This document shows, one piece after another, positions 9,237-16,964 of a DNA stretch of 32,000 nucleotides. Location: contig NZ_CP019964.1 in NCBI RefSeq assembly GCF_002214165.1, positions 330,001 to 362,000 of the forward strand, read 5' to 3'. Source of the DNA: Candidatus Saccharimonadota bacterium. GTDB taxonomy: Archaea; Micrarchaeota; Micrarchaeia; Micrarchaeales; Micrarchaeaceae. The notes beneath the pieces are model-generated. The model saw only the letters and a program-made list of their open reading frames with translations, ran no database searches and was not told the origin of the DNA. The position numbers were made by a program, and so were the translations under genes. Numbering within the stretch: position 1 is the first letter of the stretch; every line of letters starts with the position of its first letter.

Positions 9237-9367
9237 TAAGGCACCCTATTACCCTGTTTAGAGGTATAGGCAATAAGCATCTGCCGAAACCAAATCGCGG
9301 AATGCAAAAATCCTATGCCCAATTGCAAGGTAGACCGCTGACAAGAAAAGTATTTATAGCTGTATGA
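9233..9367 (+). CDS. possible 44-aa basic micro-protein, ATGA-coupled to the preceding gene
   Basis: ATG 9233-9235 overlaps the TGA 9234-9236 of the 473-aa gene. The peptide MIRHPITLFRGIGNKHLPKPNRGMQKSYAQLQGRPLTRKVFIAV has 9 K/R and no D/E. There is no homology evidence. Confidence 0.25.
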   Translation: MIRHPITLFRGIGNKHLPKPNRGMQKSYAQLQGRPLTRKVFIAV

Positions 9368-9384
9368 AAAATATAACTTAGCAC

Positions 9385-9402
9385 ATTTGAGCGCGCTCAA
9401 AT
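9385..9402. repeat. 18-bp perfect palindrome ATTTGAGCG|CGCTCAAAT in an intergenic region
   Basis: Read directly from the sequence. It has a GC-rich core in an AT-rich spacer. It lies 18 nt after the micro-ORF stop and about 100 nt upstream of the 9504 gene. Function (operator or hairpin) is unknown. Confidence 0.9.
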
Positions 9403-9503
9403 ACCAAATAACCAAGATTGTTTTCTTTTGTGGAAGGCCCTAAAGAATATACAGGTTAATATTCAAATGTCAATTATAACCTATCTATCTAAAAATTTGA
9501 AGG

Positions 9504-10451
9504 ATGATAGCAGTATGTTTTTGCATAGATCGTGATAAGGTGGCGGATGACAAAAGTTTGCTTGAAAAATTAGTCTACAAATTAATTAAAAAGCATATAG
9601 CCGGAGTCACTGCTGCATCAGCTATAAGAGTTGCAAAGCAGATAAACAAGAACGGCCTTAGGGCTTCACTCACATTTCTGAATGATTCAAGGTATAACTC
9701 AGCCAGCCCTAATTTTCATTATAACTATACGTCATACTTGCAGCTTACAAAAGAGCTATTCAGGCTTGGGATAAACTCTGACATATCGTTAAGGTTGTCG
9801 CAGATAGGATACCCGGACAAGCAGGGCATAGACGAAATGATACCTGATATGCTGAACTATTTATCTTCAAAGAATGTTCTCTGGATAGAATACGAGGACT
9901 GCTATGACATTGATTCCGTAATTAACTTTGCGAGCGCGATAAAAGACAACAAGATAGGTGTAGAAGTGCCTCTGGACAAGTTTGAGTCAAAGAAGCTTCT
10001 TAAGAGCATCCCTCTTGTCAAGAACATAAAAATAATCCCATATGAGAGCAGGAAGCCTGCGGATATCATGGACACCAAGCCAAAGAAAAAGACAGACCTG
10101 TTCACAGAGTACGGAAATGCAGTATCAAAGCTTAAAGGGCTGAAGGTCAACATATACATCTACATGCAAGATGAAAAGATGGTCCAGAAGTTCATAAATG
10201 CCAATCGTGCAATAAAAAGAAATTTAACTTTTGAGATTCCATTAGGGTACAGCAACAAGAAGATAAGCATGTTGCTAAAGAACAACATAAATTTATGCAT
10301 TTATACCGCATATGGGAAGGATTGGATACCTTATGCGATAAACAAGCTTACCAGCGGGCGTATAAAGGAGATAGCTGTAAATCTGTTGGATAAAAAAGAC
10401 AAAAAGGTTGATTACGATGACATTAAAGACCTCCCGATTGAGAAAATCTAA
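9504..10451 (+). CDS. proline dehydrogenase (PutA/PRODH)-like TIM-barrel protein, divergent
   Basis: Family-like scaffolding motifs KKHIAGVTAASAI, ISLRLSQIG, IEYED, LTFEIPLGY and YGKDWIPYAINKL. The positions I recall as FAD- or proline-binding are substituted (see findings). The start is ATG 9504 or GTG 9540. Confidence 0.5.
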   Translation: MIAVCFCIDRDKVADDKSLLEKLVYKLIKKHIAGVTAASAIRVAKQINKNGLRASLTFLNDSRYNSASPNFHYNYTSYLQLTKELFRLGINSDISLRLSQIGYPDKQGIDEMIPDMLNYLSSKNVLWIEYEDCYDIDSVINFASAIKDNKIGVEVPLDKFESKKLLKSIPLVKNIKIIPYESRKPADIMDTKPKKKTDLFTEYGNAVSKLKGLKVNIYIYMQDEKMVQKFINANRAIKRNLTFEIPLGYSNKKISMLLKNNINLCIYTAYGKDWIPYAINKLTSGRIKEIAVNLLDKKDKKVDYDDIKDLPIEKI

Positions 10452-11478
10452 GCCTGGCAAGGATTCTGGGCAAAGGATTGTAGACCTTGTTACTGGGTCA
10501 ACCTCAGGGGTCGGAAAGCACCTCATAATCGAACTTCTCAACGAGGGGCACGAGGTGCGTGTAATACTCAGGAATCCACCCGATGAAAGCGGAGATCTTC
10601 TTAAAATGCCTCCCGGCGTAATACCTTATATATCAGATATTACATTCAAGAGGGAGTCAGACGAGCAGAACCTGATAGAAGCATGCAAGGGTGTCGACAA
10701 CGTATTCCACATTGCAGGAGCAACATACAATTCCAAGTACACTTTCAATGAACTAGTTAACATAAATGTGGTAGGCACGGAGAACCTTCTCAATTCCTTG
10801 GTAAAAGCTACATCAGGATCAAAGAAGAGCGTTAGGTTCATATTCGCCGGAAGCGTTACGGTATACGGTTACACAAGGAAAGAGGAGAAATTGACCGAGA
10901 GCTCCGAATTCAATCCAAAAAGCCCTTATTCAGAGAGCAAAGTTATGGCAGAGCAGGTAATAACTTCAATATGCAAGGCAAATAAAAACATAAACTATAC
11001 GATATTAAGGTTTGGCATATTCTACGGCTACGATTACAAAGGCCCGTTCTACAAGGTATTCTCATTAGTCCACAAGGGCAAAGCCTATTACGTAGGGAAT
11101 AAGGGAACAAACCACCTAATACTTGTATCCCAAGACGATGCAGTCAAAGCGATGATTTTGGCAATGAAGCTAAACGTATCAAAAAATAGCGTTTATAACA
11201 TATCCGATGGGATCCCTTACACTCTTAGGGACATTTTTGAGTTTGTCGCGAAAGAGCTAAACGTGCCGCCTTCAAACCGCACCATACCAAGGACCGTGGC
11301 AAATTTGGCAAAGCACATAATGAATATAAATAAGGACGAATTCGAATTTTTGACAAGCGATAGGGTACTCGATATATCAAAAGCGAAGGCGGATATGGGA
11401 TTCCAGCCCAAGGATACTATATACACAGAAGGAAAGAACCTTATCGATTCCTATAAGAAGGAAGTACTTAAAATTTAA
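10417..11478 (+). CDS. NAD(P)-dependent epimerase/dehydratase family protein (extended SDR)
   Basis: Glycine-rich VTGSTSGVGKHL, GSVTVYG and the catalytic YSESK (YxxxK). ATG 10417 is preceded by GGTTGAT. It overlaps the upstream gene by 35 nt, or 44 nt if the start is TTG 10408. Confidence 0.85.
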   Translation: MTLKTSRLRKSKPGKDSGQRIVDLVTGSTSGVGKHLIIELLNEGHEVRVILRNPPDESGDLLKMPPGVIPYISDITFKRESDEQNLIEACKGVDNVFHIAGATYNSKYTFNELVNINVVGTENLLNSLVKATSGSKKSVRFIFAGSVTVYGYTRKEEKLTESSEFNPKSPYSESKVMAEQVITSICKANKNINYTILRFGIFYGYDYKGPFYKVFSLVHKGKAYYVGNKGTNHLILVSQDDAVKAMILAMKLNVSKNSVYNISDGIPYTLRDIFEFVAKELNVPPSNRTIPRTVANLAKHIMNINKDEFEFLTSDRVLDISKAKADMGFQPKDTIYTEGKNLIDSYKKEVLKI

Positions 11479-12305
11479 TGATAATTACGGTGTTGTTAAT
11501 GCAATTTAAAACCAAGATAGGGAAAGTGGAAAAGTACATATATGAAAAACTGGATACCCAGGGATCTCTTCTGCTTTCTGTAATAGACCCTCTGGATTAT
11601 AAATCGGAGAAGGATGCAATAAACTCTGCGGTTTCCATAAGCCAAGGAGGTGCGGACCTTATAGTGGTTGGGGGAAGCACTGGAGTGCAGGGAGAGATAC
11701 TTGATGACCTTGCACTGAAGGTAAAGGAAAAGGTTGACACCCCAATCGTCCTTTTTCCAGGGAACATTGCGACGATAACCAAATATGCGGATGCAATCTA
11801 CTTCATGTCGCTGTTAAATGCAAGGAATCCTTATTGGATAACACAGGCGCAGATGCTTGCTGCACCTTTGATAAGGCAGATGAACATAGAAGCGCTGCCA
11901 ATAGGGTACATCGTTGTATCACCGGGTGGGACTGTCGGATGGGTAGGGGACGCCAATCTTGTGCCAAGGGAAAAGCCGAACATAGCCGCGGCACTTGCTC
12001 TTGCTGGCCAGTACCTGGGGGACAGGTTTATAATAACGGATACAGGATCAAACCCGAGGATGCAGCATTCAGGTCCGGTTCCCGAAGAGATGGTGAGAGC
12101 AGTCAAATCCGTTATAAATGTCCCTTACATAGTTGCCGGCGGCATAATCAGCGATTCTGACATCTCAAAGATACTGAAAGCTGGGGCCGATATGGTCCAG
12201 ATAGGAACAGCATTTGAGAAATCTGTAAACGTAAAGAAAACAATAGAATTATTCTCAAGGACGGTCAAGGAGGAGGGCAAGAAAAAGCTCAAAGCGAGCA
12301 AGTAA
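11478..12305 (+). CDS. geranylgeranylglyceryl phosphate (GGGP) synthase, PcrB family
   Basis: Motifs VVGGSTGV, PIVLFPGN, DAIYFMSLLN, YIVAGGI and GTAFEK. ATG 11478 overlaps the upstream TAA (TAATG). The alternative ATG 11499 has GGTG 7 nt upstream. Confidence 0.85.
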   Translation: MIITVLLMQFKTKIGKVEKYIYEKLDTQGSLLLSVIDPLDYKSEKDAINSAVSISQGGADLIVVGGSTGVQGEILDDLALKVKEKVDTPIVLFPGNIATITKYADAIYFMSLLNARNPYWITQAQMLAAPLIRQMNIEALPIGYIVVSPGGTVGWVGDANLVPREKPNIAAALALAGQYLGDRFIITDTGSNPRMQHSGPVPEEMVRAVKSVINVPYIVAGGIISDSDISKILKAGADMVQIGTAFEKSVNVKKTIELFSRTVKEEGKKKLKASK

Positions 12306-12310
12306 ACCCT

Positions 12311-13441
12311 ATGAGACAATTATCAACCTTGGAAATAACCGCAGTTATAGAAGAGCTTAAAAATGTAGAAGGCATGTTCGTAGACAAATTTTACCTTGTT
12401 TCAGAGGATGAATTCAGGCTGAAGCTTTCCAGAACAGGGGAAAAGGTAAACATATCGTGCAAGCTATGCTATTCTTTCAACAAGACAAAATATCTAAAAT
12501 CAGCGGATAACCATAAATCGACATTTGAATCGGCAGTCCGCAAAAGGCTTAACGGTACACATGTAGAGGAAATATCGCAGATAAATGATGACAGGATAAT
12601 AAAGATAGGGTTTGCAAAAGGGGAAACCAAAAAGTATATGATAATAGAGATGTTCGCAAAGGGAAACATGATAGTTGCCGATGATCAATCCAAGATAGAA
12701 TTGGCATACAAGCAGCACGAGTTCAAGGACAGGAAAATCCGGGTAAATGAAATCTACAAGCCTCCGGAAAAGGCGAAAATAACAATAACGGATGCGATTG
12801 AATCAAGGATGCCGCAGATGCTAAACGAGATTCTCTCCAATGCGGACGGATCGCAGAAGCTGATAAAGTTCCTGAATTCCAACGTAAACATAGGGCTGCC
12901 TTACATTGAGGATTCCATTCTGGAATGCGGAGCAGACCCAAACTCAAAATTGTCCGAAATAAATGAGAGTATGCTTTCCAGCATATTGGACAAAATCCAC
13001 CTAAAGACCAATCTAATACAAACCCCCCAGCCAATAATATATTTTGATGCAGCTGACGGGATACTTGATTTTGCAATATGCCCTTTAATCAAGTACAAAG
13101 ATAAGAAGTCCCAGACAAAAAGCAGCATAAGCGAAATGCTTGATGATGTAAATTACGGCGAGGGTGCGGAACAGGCAATCCCAAAGGTCAATGAGAAGGC
13201 AGAAGAGGCTGCATCAAGCGTAAGGAAACAGATGGAGATAATAGAGAGCATGAAGGAGAGAGTGGAGTATGACAGGCGGGCAGGGAAGAAAATATTCGAG
13301 AACATGGCGGTCCTTAATGAGGTGCTTGAATTCGCGCTTTCGCAGAGGCACATAACGCTGGAAGATTTGAAATCCAAATTTCCTTACCTGAATATAACTG
13401 GCATAGACTTAAAGGATAAAACGATAACGGTAGATTTATAA
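12311..13441 (+). CDS. NFACT-family (FbpA / Rqc2 / RqcH-like) protein, N-terminal half only
   Basis: NFACT-N pattern LEITAVIEELKNVEGMFVDKFY...INDDRIIKIGF...IIEMFAKGNMIV...FKDRKIRVNEIYKPP, followed by an HhH-like region and one long helix. It ends at 376 aa with no NFACT-R (DUF814)-like segment. Confidence 0.75.
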   Translation: MRQLSTLEITAVIEELKNVEGMFVDKFYLVSEDEFRLKLSRTGEKVNISCKLCYSFNKTKYLKSADNHKSTFESAVRKRLNGTHVEEISQINDDRIIKIGFAKGETKKYMIIEMFAKGNMIVADDQSKIELAYKQHEFKDRKIRVNEIYKPPEKAKITITDAIESRMPQMLNEILSNADGSQKLIKFLNSNVNIGLPYIEDSILECGADPNSKLSEINESMLSSILDKIHLKTNLIQTPQPIIYFDAADGILDFAICPLIKYKDKKSQTKSSISEMLDDVNYGEGAEQAIPKVNEKAEEAASSVRKQMEIIESMKERVEYDRRAGKKIFENMAVLNEVLEFALSQRHITLEDLKSKFPYLNITGIDLKDKTITVDL

Positions 13442-13611
13442 CAGCAATAAATAGCCAGCATCAACGAAAAGCATTTATAAGTATTATTAAGATAATATAA
13501 TGATTGCTAATTGCTTAATTGCATTCAAGTTAATCCTGCATCTAATGAAATAGCAGGGATTTAGTGAAATATGCTTTAAGCTAACTGGAATTAAGCTTAT
13601 CAAGTGATAAA

Positions 13612-14016
13612 ATGAAGGTAGTATATTCAGATCCAAAAACGGGATTGACCGCACAGAAAGAAGTAAGTGATGAAATATTGGCATCCCTTATAGGGGCCAA
13701 GATAGGAGATGTAGTAGATGGATCACTGTTTGGCCTTAACGGATGCAAATTGAAGATTACGGGAGGCTCCGATGACAGCGGATTTGGGATGGAAAAAAGC
13801 GTCAGCGGATCAATGAAAGTTGGAGTTCTGCGCAGGATCGCCAATGCCGGAAAGGACAAAGGGCAGTACGAAAGGGTCACAGTAGCAGGCAATACCATAA
13901 ACGAAAAAGTGGTGCAGCTCAACACGATGATAGTAGATTATGGGAATGCGAATATCAGCGAGATGTTCCCGAAGAAAGAGAAAGCCGAAAACGAGAAAGA
14001 GGCCGAGAAGAAATAA
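13612..14016 (+). CDS. rps6e: 30S ribosomal protein eS6
   Basis: MKVVYSDPKTGLTAQKEV... and KLKITGGSDDSGFGM match the eS6 pattern. GTGAT SD-like element upstream. It forms the conserved pair with aIF2gamma. Confidence 0.9.
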   Translation: MKVVYSDPKTGLTAQKEVSDEILASLIGAKIGDVVDGSLFGLNGCKLKITGGSDDSGFGMEKSVSGSMKVGVLRRIANAGKDKGQYERVTVAGNTINEKVVQLNTMIVDYGNANISEMFPKKEKAENEKEAEKK

Positions 14017-14024
14017 CAAGTGAT

Positions 14025-15260
14025 TTGTTGGATCAGATAAAGCATAGCGTAATCAATATAGGCACATTAGGCCATATAGACCATGGAAAGACATCGTTGG
14101 TCCAGGCTTTGACGCACCAGTGGACAGATAGGGATAGCGAAAGCTTGAAGAGGAATATGACTATAAGGTTGGGCTATGCAGACACAATAATAAACGAGTG
14201 CGAGGACAGCAAAGGGAATAAGGTATATACCGTAAACGACAAGTACGAAGGATGCAAGAATGCGCCAGTGCCTTTCATGCGCATCTCAATACTGGATGCC
14301 CCTGGGCACGAGACATTGATGGCTACTGCAATAGCAAGTGCAAATCTGATAAATGCACTGCTTTTTGTTATAGCAGCAAACGAGCCCTGCCCAATGCCTC
14401 AGACAAAAGAGCACCTGATGATAATCAACTTGCTAGGGATAAAAGATGTAATAATAGTCCAGACCAAAATAGACATAGTGGGGGAGAAGGCTGCGGAGGA
14501 AAATTACAAGCAGATAAAAGAGTTCATAAAAGGGAGCATAATAGAGGACGCCCCCATAATACCAGTAGTTTCAACAAAGAATATAAACATAGACGTTCTT
14601 CTTAAGAAGATAGTCGAGATGCCAAAGCCAAAGTTTGACGAGAACCAAGACCCGTTCATGTATATAGCGAGATCCTTTGACGTTAACAAGCCTGGGAAAA
14701 AGATAAACAAACTTGTAGGCGGGGTAATAGGAGGCACACTGATAAGGGGAAAGCTTAATCCAGGAGATACCATAGAGATAAGGCCTGGGATAAAGGTTTC
14801 AAGCCCTAACCAGAAGCGTGAAGTTTACAAGCCGGTAATAACAAAGATAGTGGAGATAGACAATGGAAGCGATAAGCTTGACTATGCCCTCCCCGGAGGG
14901 CTTATAGGAATATCAACATTGATGGATCCACAGTTCTCCAAGGCAGACGGCTTGGTGGGAAACGTTGCAGGATTCCCGGACAAGCTGCCGCCCGTGATAA
15001 ACAGCATGAATATAGCTTACCATTCATTAAACAGGCCCGATATGCACGATAATGCATTCTCGGTGAATGAGCCTGTGATATTGAGCATCGGCACATTGAC
15101 CGTTGTAGGATATGTTGAGAAAGTAAGAAAGAACAGCATAGAGATATCAATAAAGCATCCAGTGTGTGCCGAAAGCGGGCAAAAGATAGCCATAATGAGG
15201 AACATAAACAAAAGATGGAAGCTTACCGGCTATGCAACTCTTGAAAAGCCAAAAGACTGA
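14025..15260 (+). CDS. eif2g: translation initiation factor aIF2 gamma subunit
   Basis: G1 GHIDHGKT, G3 DAPGHE and G4 QTKID, with domains II/III giving 411 aa. TTG start at 14025 or 14028 after an AGTGAT element. Confidence 0.95.
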   Translation: MLDQIKHSVINIGTLGHIDHGKTSLVQALTHQWTDRDSESLKRNMTIRLGYADTIINECEDSKGNKVYTVNDKYEGCKNAPVPFMRISILDAPGHETLMATAIASANLINALLFVIAANEPCPMPQTKEHLMIINLLGIKDVIIVQTKIDIVGEKAAEENYKQIKEFIKGSIIEDAPIIPVVSTKNINIDVLLKKIVEMPKPKFDENQDPFMYIARSFDVNKPGKKINKLVGGVIGGTLIRGKLNPGDTIEIRPGIKVSSPNQKREVYKPVITKIVEIDNGSDKLDYALPGGLIGISTLMDPQFSKADGLVGNVAGFPDKLPPVINSMNIAYHSLNRPDMHDNAFSVNEPVILSIGTLTVVGYVEKVRKNSIEISIKHPVCAESGQKIAIMRNINKRWKLTGYATLEKPKD

Positions 15261-15283
15261 AAAGCATTATAAGAATAGTTTAG

Positions 15284-15313
15284 GATAGAATATTCCTATC
15301 AATTTTTGGTTTT
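15284..15313 (+). terminator. putative terminator: short hairpin plus oligo-T tracts after eif2g
   Basis: GATAG(15284-15288)/CTATC(15296-15300) stem, followed by T5 (15303-15307) and T4 (15310-15313). Oligo-T is the usual archaeal termination signal. Confidence 0.45.
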
Positions 15314-15433
15314 CCATTTAAAAACTTGTAGGCCTCAACGGATAAACTTTGCAAAATAACATTTCATTCTCATTTCTGCAGATAAGTAGTAAATATTTTT
15401 ATATTTTTATAATAAATGTAAAAAGGCTTTAAT

Positions 15434-16339
15434 ATGGACAAGCGTGTAGAGAGAAATTACGAATCAGAGTACTCCAAATCTATAAGCATAGATGCGTATA
15501 TGAAAGTAATAAACCTGGAATATGTAAGGGATAGCGACAGCATTGACAATAGGGTAAGCCATAGTGGAAGAAACATGGACCTTCTTGTAAAGATGCTTAA
15601 CAGGGTAAATAAAAAGCCAAAGCCACAGAACCAGAATCAGAATGGGAACAAAAACCTGTTGAGGGGGAACTTTTCATCCAACCCATACGTAAATTTGAGC
15701 CTGGCGCGGACAGGAGTGATTAAGTCTATGGGGGTATATGATGATTATTATAGCAGGGACGACCCAGAAAAGTATTTTTATCTGCATTCTGATATAGCCG
15801 ATGGCATAATCTACAAGGTGCTTAACAGGGAAGAATTATCTGCTAAGGAAGCCAAAAAGGTAGAATCAATAAGCAAATACATTCTTGATGAAGGGATAAT
15901 AAGCTTGTCAGGGAAAAAGTACCTTGTTTTAAAGTACAACTACGATGACAGCATTCAGCTAATTGGATTGACAAAGAACGAAAAGGTGCCAGTCGACAAG
16001 ATAGAAACCGATGACGGAAAGCTCCTTGATGCAAGCCCGCTGCATATTATAACCATAGATTTCTCCGATCGCCATACTCTATTTATGAGTTCGGATGATC
16101 TGATATATGCAAATAAGAATAATTTGCCAAAGAACCTATATTATATGGACGAGCACGATGACTTTGAAGGGAATAGCATCGATTATGATTTTATAAGCGA
16201 GTTGGGAAACCGCAGGACAGCAATGTTTGATGTCAATTTTTCAAGAGAGATGCATTATGGCGGCAGGATGAATCCGGAGATAGCAGAGAAAGTTGCCAAT
16301 TTCATAAAGTCGCACGACAAGTTCATCTACGATTTTTGA
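15434..16339 (+). CDS. hypothetical protein, 301 aa (orphan, Q/N/K low-complexity patch)
   Basis: Long ORF with AT-rich TATA-like sequence (TTTTATAATAAAT) about 25 nt upstream, suggesting a leaderless start. No motif recognised. Confidence 0.6.
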   Translation: MDKRVERNYESEYSKSISIDAYMKVINLEYVRDSDSIDNRVSHSGRNMDLLVKMLNRVNKKPKPQNQNQNGNKNLLRGNFSSNPYVNLSLARTGVIKSMGVYDDYYSRDDPEKYFYLHSDIADGIIYKVLNREELSAKEAKKVESISKYILDEGIISLSGKKYLVLKYNYDDSIQLIGLTKNEKVPVDKIETDDGKLLDASPLHIITIDFSDRHTLFMSSDDLIYANKNNLPKNLYYMDEHDDFEGNSIDYDFISELGNRRTAMFDVNFSREMHYGGRMNPEIAEKVANFIKSHDKFIYDF

Positions 16340-16380
16340 AAAACAAGTTCCGGCAGGTTAAGGCATGTTGCCTTATCCAT

Positions 16381-16842
16381 TCAATTCTTTTTTACCTGAG
16401 AGACTTTTATATTGAACTTCAGGACCTTTCCTGCCAGGGGTGGATTAAAATCAACCGTGGCCTCTGTATCATTAACATCAGTTATAATGCCTTGCTGTCC
16501 TTCTTCTGTCTCTACGCCCATACCTTTCACTGGCTTGCTGTCCCCAAACGTCGATAGAGGCACTTTGATTGAAAGATCATTGCTGTACTCTCCATAAGCA
16601 TCTTTTGGCTCAATCTCGACATCCTTGGATTCGCCTTCCTTCATGCCTCTTACCGCATCGTCAAATCCCTTTATTATCTCTCCTGAGCCTACCTTGAATT
16701 TAAGAGGTTCACTCTTTTCATTGGAATCAAAGACTTCGCCGCTCTGCAATTTACCAGTATAATATACTTCTACTTCATCTCCTTCTTCAACTGTTGTTGG
16801 CTTCTGGTCTGTGTTTGAATTTTGCTCTTTCATGAAAATCAT
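16381..16842 (-). CDS. FKBP-type peptidyl-prolyl isomerase, short archaeal / SlyD-like with insert-in-flap
   Basis: VEVYYTGKLQSGEVFDS, LKFKVGSGEIIKGFDDAVRGM, an inserted flap region, and C-terminal NPPLAGKVLKFNIKV. Confidence 0.9.
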   Translation of the reverse strand: MIFMKEQNSNTDQKPTTVEEGDEVEVYYTGKLQSGEVFDSNEKSEPLKFKVGSGEIIKGFDDAVRGMKEGESKDVEIEPKDAYGEYSNDLSIKVPLSTFGDSKPVKGMGVETEEGQQGIITDVNDTEATVDFNPPLAGKVLKFNIKVSQVKKN

Positions 16843-16964
16843 AGGTATATCTAACTAAAATAATAAAAACGTTAGGACTATAATCTTTTAGCTTATCTAT
16901 GCATAGGAGATCTGCCAATGCAAGCGTATTTATTGCTTAAAATAAAAATATTATCAGTGATGTT

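Noticed and set aside
14252-14605. A 117-aa alternate-frame ORF inside eif2g.
   Set aside because: It is embedded in a highly conserved CDS and has an R/C/S/H-rich composition typical of off-frame translation.
15600-15660. A CAGAAC/CAGAAT-like repetitive stretch, considered as a possible tandem repeat.
   Set aside because: It is in-frame low-complexity coding (KPKPQNQNQNGNKN) within the 301-aa ORF, not a structured repeat array.
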